From Podarcis muralis (taxonomy: Eukaryota): a stretch of DNA of 64,000 nt. The notes beneath the pieces are model-generated. The model saw only the letters and a program-made list of their open reading frames with translations, was not told the DNA's origin and searched no databases. Position numbers and translations under genes: made by a program. Positions 13,549-23,869 of this stretch are shown in pieces. Location of the stretch: NCBI RefSeq assembly GCF_964188315.1, contig NC_135655.1, positions 79,546,001 to 79,610,000 of the forward strand. The letters are read 5' to 3'. Each line of letters begins with the position of its first letter. Position 1 is the first letter of the stretch.

Positions 13549-16500
13549 TTTTTTTTATTTATACCCCACCCTCCCCAGCCAAGGCCGGGCTCAGAGCGGC
13601 TTACAAGCAATAATAAAAACAAGATGAATGATTACAACTTAAAAACAAAAATAAAATACCACATTACAATAATGGAACATTAAAATATTAAAATGTAGCC
13701 TCATTGCAGGAGGAGAAGGAAAAGAAAAAAGAAAGAGAGGGAGGGAGGGAGGGAGGGAATCAAATTGGCTCCAAGCCAAAGGCCAGGCAGAACAACTCTG
13801 TCTTACAGGCCCTGCGGAAAGAAATCAGATCCTGCAGGGCCCTGGTCTCACGAGGCAGAGCGTTCCACCAGGCCGGAGCCAGAGTTGAAAAGGCCCTGGC
13901 TCTGGTTGAAGCCAATCTAACTTCCTTAGGGCCTGGGACCACTAGGGTGTTGTTATTTATGGACCTTGAGGCTCTCCGTGGGGCATACCGGGAGAGGCGG
14001 TCCCGTAGGTACGAGCAATCACTAATGCTAGATCCAGCCTTGGCCTTGCTTTCAGTAGAAAGGAATACAAATCCCAGAGTATCTTATAAGACACTGGTCT
14101 TTCTGTTACTAACAATGTCAAGAAAGCCAATAGTTAGTCAATGGAAATCTTACTCACATCCTTCAGTTGATTATTGGTATGTTAGACTGTGGGATCTAGC
14201 TCTCTCTGTGCATCTCACATTTCAAAGAAAAGTAAGTAGAGGAAAATCTAAATAAGATCATTTTTATGCTATTTGGTCTATACAGTGGTACCTCGGTTAC
14301 AGACGCTTCAGGTTACAAACTCTGCTAACCCAGAAATAGTACCCCGGGTTAAAAACTTTGCTTCAGGATGAGAACAGAAATTGCGTGGCGGCAGCACAGC
14401 AGCAGCAGCAGGAGGCCCCATTAGCTAAAGTGGTACCTCAGGTTAAGAACAGTTTCAGGTTAAGAACGGACCTCCGGAACAAATTAAGTTCTTAACCCCA
14501 GGTACCCTATCTATATATACTGTCTAGACAATAGACCCCCAATAATTCAATTAAGTTTGTGGAGAGGATATATTTTAGAAGATTGGGATAAAGAGATATC
14601 TCAGTGCCTTGGATTGTGATTATAAAAGGATACATTGCTTGAATTAATGTAGGGTATTATCTTCCCTTTCCTTCTCCTCCATTCTATCTATTCTCATTCT
14701 CCTTTGTTTTCTTTTTGTATCAGTATTTTTTATGATGTTTGTATTTCATCTATATTTATCTTTATTTTAAAAATTGATAGTTTCTTTAAACAAAAAAAAA
14801 GCAGTTTCTGCTCAACATTGGTTAAATGACATTATGTTATGTTATCTTGATGGGTAGAGACTTATGTTGATTCATACAAAATTTGGAACTTATTTTTCCA
14901 TTCATTCTGTGTACATACAAAGGCTTCTTCAAAGCTTCAAAGAGCTATAAAGGGCACCGAAAACACCACCATTGTCCATTGTCTCCTGGAAATCCTGCTC
15001 AAATGCCTTTCTGAGCTATCAAAACCTAATCCCCACGCATCCTCAATCATCACAACTTTAAGCACTAGAAACCTGCCTGCTAAGCCTATGATCTATTTCT
15101 ATGCTTGAGTACTTCAATCACAGTCTTGTTTCAACCACAAGGCCTATCAGCAAAACTTTCTGTTGCACCTCTGGGGTAAAGGATCGTAGGAGACAATAAC
15201 AATGTGAACTAAGCTTTCTCTATTCTGACAGCTTCTTCCTTTTGTTAGGATATTGCCTGCATGCTGAGCTTCTTCATCCGATTCTTCATCGTCTATGGGT
15301 GTTTTCTAGAAATAAAGAGTCTTCTTGTATTCTTCTTCTTGGTCAGGTATTGTACAGCACAAAACCCCTCCCGATTCAACTAAATTTGCTCAAAGCTGCC
15401 TTTGTGAAAGCAATGGGACTTGAGCTTGCGTTGGCTGACTTGTCCTTTTAGTTGAATTGGACTTCACCATGACCAACTTCAGCTGGCTTGGTTGGCCATC
15501 TATATTTCTGTGGTGGAAAGCCCCAAAATTCAACCCTTTGTGGACTTCAGTCCTACAAGAAGTCTGCAAAATAGCAAGACAGGTATTAGAAGCATCCCCA
15601 GAACTGGTGTTGGAGAAATTCAAAAAGAGGTTCCTAGACAGGAGGTATCCTTCCCAGGCACCCAGGACAAGTGAAAAGATAGGCCTTTATTGAAATACAA
15701 ATGTGCACAGGATGCTCCTTATTTTTGAAGCTGTCCCTATGTGCACTGAGGCCACAAGGCAAGCCAAACAAACATATGACACACACACCGCAGCCCTTTT
15801 GTTTTGTATACAGGCAACTCCTAATTTATGTTCCAAGGCACCGTGGGTTTACGTGAAATCGCATATATTTGAAACACCATTGAAAAAGCCTGCAAACACC
15901 TTGTTTTATTGAATACTATGTTTCATATCTGGTCCTTTGATTAAAATGAATTTTCAAAGTTGGCTGTAAGTTACTGTAATTTTCTAAAAGAAATGGCTTC
16001 CTCTTGGCATATTACAAGTAAAAAGTTAAACACTGAGACTCTGAGAGAGCTTAGTAAGCTCAGCCCAACATTTAAAATAGCCAAGGACGCCAGCAGGGCT
16101 GATTGGATTCCATTCCTCCGGTGATGAACCCTTTTCTGTGTCTGACTGTGCCTTACTGGGGTTATTTTGGAGGGCGGGGTCAGGAAGTTCTGCTTGCAAT
16201 GTTTTCTGCTGAGTTGCTCACATTATCTGCTGAAGATTGTCTTTCCTAAAAATGACAGAATGGGAAGAGAGTTCAGAGCTGCATTGCAATTATGAGTTGA
16301 GCAGAGATGGGAAAGGTTTGCTTGCTGCTATGGGACCGTCTATTCACTTTTAGCTTTTTCTGCTTGTGGCTTTATAAATAAAATAATGTGAAAGCCACCT
16401 TTTCAGTTCAGTTTGAAAAAACAGAAAAATGAGTGTGATGTTTTCAGGGAGTCAGATTTTTGTGCAAGACTCCAGATTTCACACAAGGCTTCTTTTTTTT

Positions 16501-19500
16501 TTTAAAAGCATTTTCCCAATATGATTGTATTAGTGAATTTCGCTTTCTACTGTATTACTACTCTATTTCCCAATGCAGGATGTTGGAAAGCTCCTGGTTT
16601 GTCTGGGTCTCCCAAATGAATCACATACCCATGACTATAGATTATGACAAGAACTTGGACTGGGTGTCCATCCAGGTAATTATTTTTTTTTACTCTAGCA
16701 ACTGTATGGCTATACATGGGACTGCTCTATATCCTCTCAAAAGATCATTCTGGGTTCTAATTCAAGTTGACCAAGATGCTGCCCTGGATGTTTATCAGGA
16801 AACTGGAGGAAAAGCAAACATGAGTTCAGATAAGGAGGCAGGGGTGGCGTCTTGTAGCCGTTCAGATGCTGCTGGACTGTCATTAGCACTGTCCATGCTG
16901 GCTAAGGCTCATGGGAGTTGTAGTTCAACAACATCTGGTGGGGTCACAGGTTCCCCACTGCTGCTTTAGTGGACTCAACTAGACTAGGGAATCATGGGAG
17001 CTGGAGATGCAGCAAAGATGCAGTTCTTTCAGTGAGTAGACTGGGGCGGTAAAGAAGCAGGAGAGAGCGACAAGGAGCAAGTTGATTCTGGGGATGGGGA
17101 ATCCGTGGTCCTTCCAGATGTCACCAGACTCTGGGCAGATTCACATCATACATTTAAAGCACATCCAATGCACATTTAAAACCCATGACTTCCTCCAAAG
17201 TATCCTGGGAACTGTAATCCTTCCTCCTTAATGACCACCTTAGCAAATTGCAGTTCTCATGAGTCTTTGGATGATGCTATATGCCTTGGGTGTGCTTTCA
17301 ATGTATGGTGTGGGCCAGCCCTCCAACTCCTACCAGCCTTAGCCTTCTTGGCCACCGGTCAGGAATGATGTTAGTTGTAGTCCAGCAACATCTGGAGGGG
17401 TTACAGGTTCCCCATCTCTGGGCTTAGAGTATGGTTTAGGGGCAGAGGGGAGGCAGAAAGAGCCCTGCAAGTATTTAAGAAGCAAGCAGAAGGAAACAAA
17501 GAGCGTGGAGAGTAGCTGGTAGCAAGAGGGACCAGAAACATGCCCTTGAGAGTATGAGGAACACCTAGAGAAGATGTTCAAGAAGGAGAGGGGGTCATGT
17601 TGCAACTTGCCACTTGATTTACCTGTTGTTGACTGAGGTCCTTCCTCTTTCCTCTGTGATAGGAAGTTCCCATGTGTCCCGGACCTCTGGGGCTCTTTTG
17701 CTGGGAGAGGAAAGAACTCAAGCAGTGGTCAAACTGATGAATTTTGTTTTTTAAAGTATTTTTATTTTATTTATTAAATTTCTATACCACCTTTCACCCA
17801 AGAATCACAGAGCAGCTTACAATAGAAAAACACAGATACATAACATAAAAATCATTGTTGATTGTGCTGTAACAATCAAATAAGCCTTTTTTTAATAAGG
17901 GGAGGGGGACAATGTATTAGGTTGACAGACAAAGAAAAAAATGGCTTTTCATTCCCCCCCTCCCTGTAGAATTAGGACCCAGCTGTAGTCCTGTTTGTTT
18001 TAAAAAGTAATCCAACCTTTCCACTGCTCACTTCAGCAAATGCTGGCGTTGCAACACTCACAAACACATTTGTGTCATTGTGTTCTTATTATCAGTATTC
18101 TGTCGTCATTTGACAAGCACCCAAAATGAGAGGGTGAGCCTTCTTGGGACCAGAGCGGGGCATCTCCTTGCTCCTGCTAGGACTGGAGTGAAAGCTGCCA
18201 AAAAGAATCAAGTGAAACGAGACAAACCCACCTTCTTTGCTCCTCACAATCAGTCTTGGAATCCCAACATGCTTCAGAGAGGAGCATCACTCAATTTCCC
18301 ACTGTCCATAACAGTTGCCCACCACAGTATCACAGTGTAGCAGCAGCAGTTCTCCTCAGTAACCCAGAAGGGCTAATGAAGCCGACCGCCACAGCATCCC
18401 TTCCCTTCTGAAGAACAGTCTCTAGTTGGGTCTGAGGGTTGTAACAGTGAAAAGTGGGGAATGGGCAACTTGGCAGACATGGGACCCACTGTAGGCTCCT
18501 TGGTAACGTGAGGATTGCAAGAATGTGGTGCTGACATCTAGTCTGCTTTGCTAACTATGGGAGGGATTTGGTAGTAACTTAGGGTTGAATCCAACAAGCA
18601 AAACTTCTGCTCACTCAACAGCATTTCCCTGCCCCTTTCTCCCTCTGTACCCCACTGCCAAATCTGCTCTGGAGGGTTGAGGGGGAACTCGGGGCGCATT
18701 GGGAGGGATGTGGTGGGGGGAGAGAGAGTTCTTTTGCATTGAGTACAAGTTCTTCTACTTGCACAATGACTTGGCTGAATGCAACCCATAGCCGTCATAC
18801 CAGGAGAGAGAGAAAGCTGTCAAGTGCTTCAACATCCACCCACTTGTTATTTCAGCTCCAGGCGACATGTAACGTTGATCATTCCTGGTTCAACGACTGG
18901 TTTACTGGGCACTTGAATTTCCAGATTGAACACCAGTAAGTATGGACTGCAAGGAAGTGCTTTCTCTGGGTTGTATGTAGGTGAGTGGAACCCTGCTGAC
19001 ACAATGGGGCTTTTCTGGCTCTTCCCCTCCTTCCCCTTGAAAAGCAACTCCCTAGGGATGCAGGACTCTCTGGAATAGTGTGAATCAGGACGTGGTGGGA
19101 GAGGCTACATTGGGAAAGGGAACACAAGAGAAATCAGCGCGTTGCCTTGTGCAAGTAGACATGCTGAGCCAGTTGTGTGAAACTTCTTTGGATCCAAGCC
19201 AACACATCCTAGGAATGCGTTTCATGCTGTGTGAGTCACTGTAGGAAGAACAAACGTCCAGTATGTGAAGCAATTTTTCTATTGTTCGGTTTTCTGGATA
19301 ACTGCCTTGTCTATGATTTCTACACCAAATGTGATTAGCAGAACTTGAGGCAGAATTGTTTTGGTTTCCCCCGCTAGTCTCTTCCCTACGATGCCCCGGC
19401 ACAACTACTGGAAGGTGGTCCCTCTGGTTAAGTCTCTGTGTGCCAAACATGGCATTGAATACAAGTGCAAGCCCCTGCTGACAGCCTTTGCAGATATTTT

Positions 19501-20446
19501 ACGGTATGTATCAAAGGAGAAATGTGGCATAAAGATACAGATGTGCAGTGAGAAGATAAGGCAGCTTACTCTCATTTCCTGCAGGGGTGGATAAACCAGT
19601 GGCATGATCAGACCGGCCAAGCAGCTTTTAGCATCCCACTGCTCCCATTAAATTTTGCTGGCACTGCTTTTGCAGATATTTTGCCAAGCCACTGCTGTCG
19701 AGTCAGATGGAGAATGCTGTAATGCTTCCAGAATGCTCCTGTCTGCTCCAGTGTCTCCCAAGTTCTGACAAAACACAGGGGCACCCATTTCTGTTTCTGC
19801 AGCACCCTCAGTGGCAGAGGGCTGCCTCCCCCCACAGAAGACACAACTGGTAGCAATTGGCAGGGGCTGGCCAGCAGCCACTGCACAAACTGCTCAACTG
19901 TTTTAAAGGAAAAGGTGCAATTCCAGAAATAACACAACAAAGAATGACTTGGAAGCATCATTTTCAGTGTTTCAGCAGCCTTTTCCCAGGCCTTCCTGAA
20001 TTAGTCGTTTCTGCAGCATTTAATTCTGGTTGCTTTCATGGTTTCCAACTTTGTTTTTTATTACTTGTGGTGTTTTCTATTCCTGTACATCCCTCAGGTA
20101 TTTTTTAAATACAGGGCGATTTGTAAATTTTGAAATTAAAATAAGTAGCCGCCACACCCCCTTTCACCATTCTTGCAGCTGGCTTGTGGCTGGCTCATGG
20201 CCAGTTGGGGAACTGCATACAGCTTTAGTGGCAAAAAAAGGTTGACTACTGCTGAGCTATAGATTTCTGCTTTCTTGATCTTTACCCAGATTCCTGCCTC
20301 TCTATTTAACTTGATTGTATCTCTGGCATCTTACCCTTTCTTTTCCACAACACTTAATTAGTTTTCTCCCACCCCACCCTTTCTCTCACTGCAGTTCCCT
20401 GAAGGATTCTGGAGAGCTCTGGTTGGATGCCTATTTGCATAAATAA
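3727..20446 (+). CDS. FADS1: Fatty acid desaturase 1-like (front-end acyl-CoA desaturase with N-terminal cytochrome b5 domain), 12 coding exons, 452 aa
   Basis: Exons: 3727-3954, 9440-9550, 9833-10030, 10425-10526, 11530-11658, 12095-12155, 13230-13306, 15249-15346, 16579-16675, 18856-18935, 19378-19503, 20395-20446. These total 1359 nt in one open frame. Motifs: HPGG heme motif, His boxes HDLGH, HSQHH and QIEHH, C-terminus [16 protein letters not shown]. The 129-nt exon 5 (PNC..KDPDI.MHP..FALGK.LSVE), HIPM, and the position tail-to-tail with FEN1 favour the FADS1 clade. It may be a lineage-specific FADS1 paralogue rather than the 1:1 orthologue. Confidence 0.9.
6832..6908. repeat. Compound microsatellite (CT)n(GT)n
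   Basis: Directly visible. Confidence 0.95.
7180..8100 (-). mobile_element. CR1 LINE ORF2 fragment (degenerate)
   Basis: The minus strand reads [19 protein letters not shown] and [29 protein letters not shown]...ANIIPIFK, typical CR1 ORF2 motifs, with stops. Confidence 0.78.
8881..9024 (-). mobile_element. tRNA-derived SINE with CR1-type tail (Squam3-like)
   Basis: Reverse complement: TCAGTTGGTTAGAACATGGTGCTGATAACACCAAGGTTGCAGGTTTGATCCCC...GGACTAGATGATCCTCAGGGTCCCTTCCAACTCTATGATTCTATG; partial copy on + at about 51768-51838. Confidence 0.78.
9440..9550 (+). CDS. FADS1: FADS1-like exon 2
   Basis: TAG|[37 protein letters not shown]|GTAAGT, 111 nt. Confidence 0.92.
9833..10030 (+). CDS. FADS1: FADS1-like exon 3
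   Basis: CAG|[11 protein letters not shown]...LCTMSH|GTAAGT, 198 nt. Confidence 0.92.
10425..10526 (+). CDS. FADS1: FADS1-like exon 4 (His box I)
   Basis: CAG|[34 protein letters not shown]|GTAAGT, 102 nt. Confidence 0.93.
11530..11658 (+). CDS. FADS1: FADS1-like exon 5 (His box II), GC donor
   Basis: CAG|[43 protein letters not shown]|GCAAGT, 129 nt. Confidence 0.9.
12095..12155 (+). CDS. FADS1: FADS1-like exon 6
   Basis: CAG|[20 protein letters not shown]+A|GTAAGT, 61 nt. Confidence 0.93.
12160..12540 (-). mobile_element. L2 LINE 3' fragment
   Basis: (GTT)n tail plus the reverse complement of the L2 end ([15 protein letters not shown]-like motif). Confidence 0.7.
13230..13306 (+). CDS. 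FADS1: FADS1-like exon 7
   Basis: CAG|(T)[25 protein letters not shown]|GTAAGT, 77 nt. Confidence 0.9.
13510..14030 (-). mobile_element. L2 LINE 3' fragment
   Basis: Minus-strand [41 protein letters not shown], followed by the L2 3'UTR and a (TAA)n tail. Confidence 0.8.
14281..14506 (+). mobile_element. Tc1/mariner (Tigger-like) MITE
   Basis: Starts TACAGTGGTACCTCGGTT; the body is the reverse complement of 25879-26102; right TIR degenerate. Confidence 0.75.
15249..15346 (+). CDS. FADS1: FADS1-like exon 8
   Basis: TAG|[32 protein letters not shown]+AG|GTATTG, 98 nt; phases fit both neighbouring exons. Confidence 0.88.
16579..16675 (+). CDS. FADS1: FADS1-like exon 9
   Basis: CAG|(R)[32 protein letters not shown]|GTAATT, 97 nt. 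Confidence 0.93.
17132..17320. mobile_element. Palindromic MITE (CATACATTTAAAGCAC-type TIR)
   Basis: GGGCAGATTCACATCATACATTTAAAGCACA ... TGTGCTTTCAATGTATGGTGTGGGCCAGCCC; related copy at about 5945-6090. Confidence 0.6.
18856..18935 (+). CDS. FADS1: FADS1-like exon 10 (His box III)
   Basis: CAG|[26 protein letters not shown]+CA|GTAAGT, 80 nt. Confidence 0.94.
19378..19503 (+). CDS. FADS1: FADS1-like exon 11
   Basis: TAG|(H)[41 protein letters not shown]+CG|GTATGT, 126 nt. Confidence 0.94.
20395..20446 (+). CDS. FADS1: FADS1-like exon 12 (last coding exon)
   Basis: CAG|(R)[19 protein letters not shown]; candidate AATAAA signals at 22076-22081 and 22148-22153. Confidence 0.93.
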
Positions 20447-21527
20447 GTACTGGCTTTACAGAAAATAGATTCATTCACGATGTCTCCACAGATACCTTGT
20501 ACCAGCAGATTGCCTTGAATGTTTTTCCAACTCCCAGTGTTTCATTGTTTCCTATTTATAATAAAATTTATGTCTGATACCATGCTTTCCCTATTTTGTA
20601 CATCTCCCTTTGAACCTGGAAGTAAAAGTTGTTAACAGATGTCCCAAATGAGCTGCCATACTGTGAAAGGAAGAAAGGGTGGGGGTATAAGCATCTGAAG
20701 GAAAAGACTGTGCACAAGGGCTTCTTTTCTCTGAATGATTTGAGATGTCATATGCTGATTCTCTGAAGACCCAATCCAGGTAGAAATTCTGTATGCTTAA
20801 GCCCATTGTCACCAGTCATGTGCCATTTACCTGGATGAGTAGGTAGCTCCTGGTCCAAAAAACGTTCTGCACCTCTGCTGTAAGGTATATGCATTTTTTC
20901 AACACCTGGTTTACACAAAAGGAAGCCTACTACACACCAATTACCTAAACTGGATTGTGGACCATGTATGTGTTTCTAGTGCACTGGAGAGGTGAGCTCA
21001 GTGTCCCTTTCTTGATCTTGCATAATGAACAACTACCAGGCCACAAAGTTTGGCTTATCCCCTTGAGAATGTCGATGTATTGTTGGTTGTTTTTACATAC
21101 AAAGGTCCCAGGTTCATTTCTTGGCATCGCCAGGTACAGTTGGGCATGTCCTATCTAGGAAACCTGGAGCTGGTGCCACTCCATGTAGACAGTACAGCGC
21201 TAGATGGACCAGGGGTCTAACTCAGTATAAAACAGCTTCCTATGTTGTTTCTATCACTTACAATGAGGGTGATTTGCAGAAACCACATATGGGTATAGGT
21301 CATATTTCCTTCTTTTCATGATAATCATGCATATGTGAGTTATGAAGGTATGAACTAATTTTTAATCAAACCCATCAGCCAGCTGTTAAAGCAAAAAGGT
21401 CAAAATACTATAGTAACACCTGAAGTAGACAGATATTCTGGATTATCATTCCCATTATCTCTGCCCATTGAATTGGGGCTGATGGGAGTTGTGGTCCAAA
21501 GTTTATGGGGGGTACTAAGTCTTAAGG

Positions 21528-21663
21528 CAGGCATAGGCAAACTCTGGGCCACCAGGTGTTTCAGACTACAGTTCCCATCACCCCTAGCTAACGGGACCAG
21601 TGGTCAGGGATGATGGGAATTGTAGTCCCAAACATCTTGAGGCCCGGAGTTTGCCTGTGCCTG
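21528..21663. mobile_element. hAT-type palindromic MITE, 136 bp
   Basis: TIR CAGGCATAGGCAAACTC / GAGTTTGCCTGTGCCTG (16/17 match), 8-bp TSD TCTTAAGG/CCTTAAGG, internal ACTACAGTTCCCATCA hairpin. Related degenerate copies lie near 500-600, 4990-5070, 10792-10929, 16850-16965, 17335-17420, 27715-27830, 42260-42390, 51390-51510 and 61140-61225. Confidence 0.8.
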
Positions 21664-22171
21664 CCTTAAGGCATGCCAAAGGCACAATACTGTTTAGACA
21701 GCTGTATATGCCTATTTGTATTCCCAACGAACAGAACCCAAACCAAATTCTAGCTTCTACTGTCTCAAAACCTTCACTACTTTAAATCAACAAAACTATC
21801 ACAATTATATTATTTTCATATCAGTCTGTTATAAAGGAAGATTAAATAATCAAAAGAGAGCTTTATTGTATAGTTACTACAACTCTTAAAAAAGTGCTAG
21901 TGACAGGATTGCTTCTACATTGGTTCTTTAAGCTTTCACCCTGGCACTAAAACCAACACAAACCTAAAATTTGGAAAATGATAACAGAACTTTACAATTT
22001 GGTTTTCTTAATCTGAAGGCCAAACAGAAGAAGCGGTTTCATTTTTTGGTGGTATGTGTTTATGAGCATGTGGTAAATAAAATTGGAGGGAAAATTTCTG
22101 GTGTAAAAAAACCCTCGCATACACACATCTTCTATAATGCACATCAAAATAAATCCAGCTTCTGCCGCTGA

Positions 22172-23000
22172 AGTAAATGCCTTCTTCAGCTGGTAATATC
22201 AAATAATATGTCAAAATAGATCAAGGTTCTTCAATACCATAGATCATAAATATAATAAAGTATATACATACTAAAGTGTATTAACACATATCATGATATT
22301 TGGTTCCATACCTCGGTTTTTTGAGGACTATAAATCTGTTGGAAGTCTATATAATTTAATTATTTTATGTTTCTTTTTCGACATGCGTCTAAAAATAAGA
22401 ATTTACAAGAGTTATTATTTCCAGTCAAATTGTTGGTGAAATTTGACTGGAAATAATAACTCTTGTAAATTCTTATTTCTAGACGCATATAGTCCTCAAA
22501 AAAACGAGGTATGGAACCAAATATCATGATATGTGTTAATACACTTTAGTATGTATATACTTTATTATATTTATGATCTATGGTATTGAAGAACCTTGAT
22601 CTATTTTGACATATTATTTGATATTACCAGCTGAAGAAGGCGTTTACTCCGAAACAGGGCCCTGTCCTGGTCACCACTACTGAGTCGTACATCTGATTCA
22701 CACTCCGGATACTCCTTTTTGGCCCTATTTGATTCTTTATTCTTTATTTTGATTTATATAATATGGACTCTTTTTGACTGCCATTGAGACTTGTATAAAA
22801 CAATTGTTGTGTACTGGTATTTTATGTACCTTTATACTATATCACTGCATATTTGAAACTACATTATTTCTGCACTTAAACGTTGTATCTAAATTTACTA
22901 TTACCTTAAAACTATCGTACTTACACGTTGTGTTCAAATTTACTATTAGCTTCAAACTGTTATTCTTAGCAGAATATACACGTTTTTCTTTTCAACTCTC
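22172..23000 (+). mobile_element. Penelope-like retroelement remnant with inverted pLTR-type arrangement (right boundary approximate)
   Basis: Inverted arms 22172-22431 and 22440-22648, the hammerhead motif, and an AT-rich tail with a 45-bp-period imperfect duplication (22881-22913 and 22926-22958). No RT or GIY-YIG ORF is recognisable. Confidence 0.6.
22626..22671 (+). ncRNA. Minimal type-I hammerhead ribozyme motif (Penelope-like element type)
   Basis: ACCAG-CTGAAGA-A-GGCG(TTTA)CTCC-GAAAC-AG(GGCC)CT-GTC^-CTGGT. Stem I is ACCAG/CTGGT, the CUGANGA and GAAA cores are present, stem III is the palindrome ACAGGGCCCTGT, and the GUC triplet is at 22664-22666. Confidence 0.72.
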
Positions 23001-23869
23001 AAGTAGGAATTATTCCTTATATTGAAACTTGTGGCCAGAGCTCTTGGTATATCCTTTTCAGTGTATTTTCAACAAGAACTCCAATTTCCTTAGCTGAAGT
23101 CAATTCTGGCAAGTGCAACAGATCCCTCACCAACTCCCCAGATCTGCTCCAGACAGTTGGAAGAACCCCCAGAAAGGGGAGAAGGGAGTTTGTTCCGTCA
23201 GCACAAGCATTTCTGCTTGCCCTGTGGAGTAATTTCCTTAGTGCAATGTTGAATGTCACTGAAGAGGGTCAAAACCAGACAGATGCCATTTGAGGCGAGT
23301 AGCAGCCAGATCCTATATGACAAGTATTAAACTACAGCCCAGGTTGCAGAACAGCTCCCTTAGCAAACTCTTGTTGGCCCACCAATCTTGAATTGTGCTG
23401 CAGACAGTTCTAGCAACTCTATTTCAGTCTCACCGATTTCATTTTGACAAGCTTACACAGAAGTAGTAATCAATATTTAGTTATCAATAGTTATCAATAT
23501 TTATTGGAAGATACAATTCAAAAGCTAAAATCTCAACATAGTACTCCCAGCAAAGATGGACCTATACTATGTATGGAGTTCACCGGACTCAAGGCAGCAA
23601 CAGCAGCACCCTCTGGGTCCTTCGAGAGCAGGGCAAACCTTCAGACTGGCTGGATCTCTGGCCAGCAATTAGCAGTGTCAGGTGTTTTGTCAGAACAGTG
23701 TCCCTCCCACCATGCATCAGTTTAAGCTGAGCTCAAGGCCTGACGATAACTCTCACATTTTGAGCACTACAGAGTACATTACCACAAAGCTCTATAATTG
23801 AAGTTTAATATATTTCGCTCCAAGTATCTGCAGTGGAAGGGAACTGGTACAGAGTTCTAGAAAATAATT

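Noticed and set aside
13704-14255. 183-aa plus-strand ORF
   Set aside because: Mostly the antisense reading of an L2 3' fragment.
16460-16969. 169-aa ORF
   Set aside because: FADS1-like exon 9 plus intron and MITE sequence.
22150-22200. Second hammerhead on the minus strand
   Set aside because: Has stem I 5' strand and CUGAAGA but is truncated before GAAA, stem III and the cleavage triplet.
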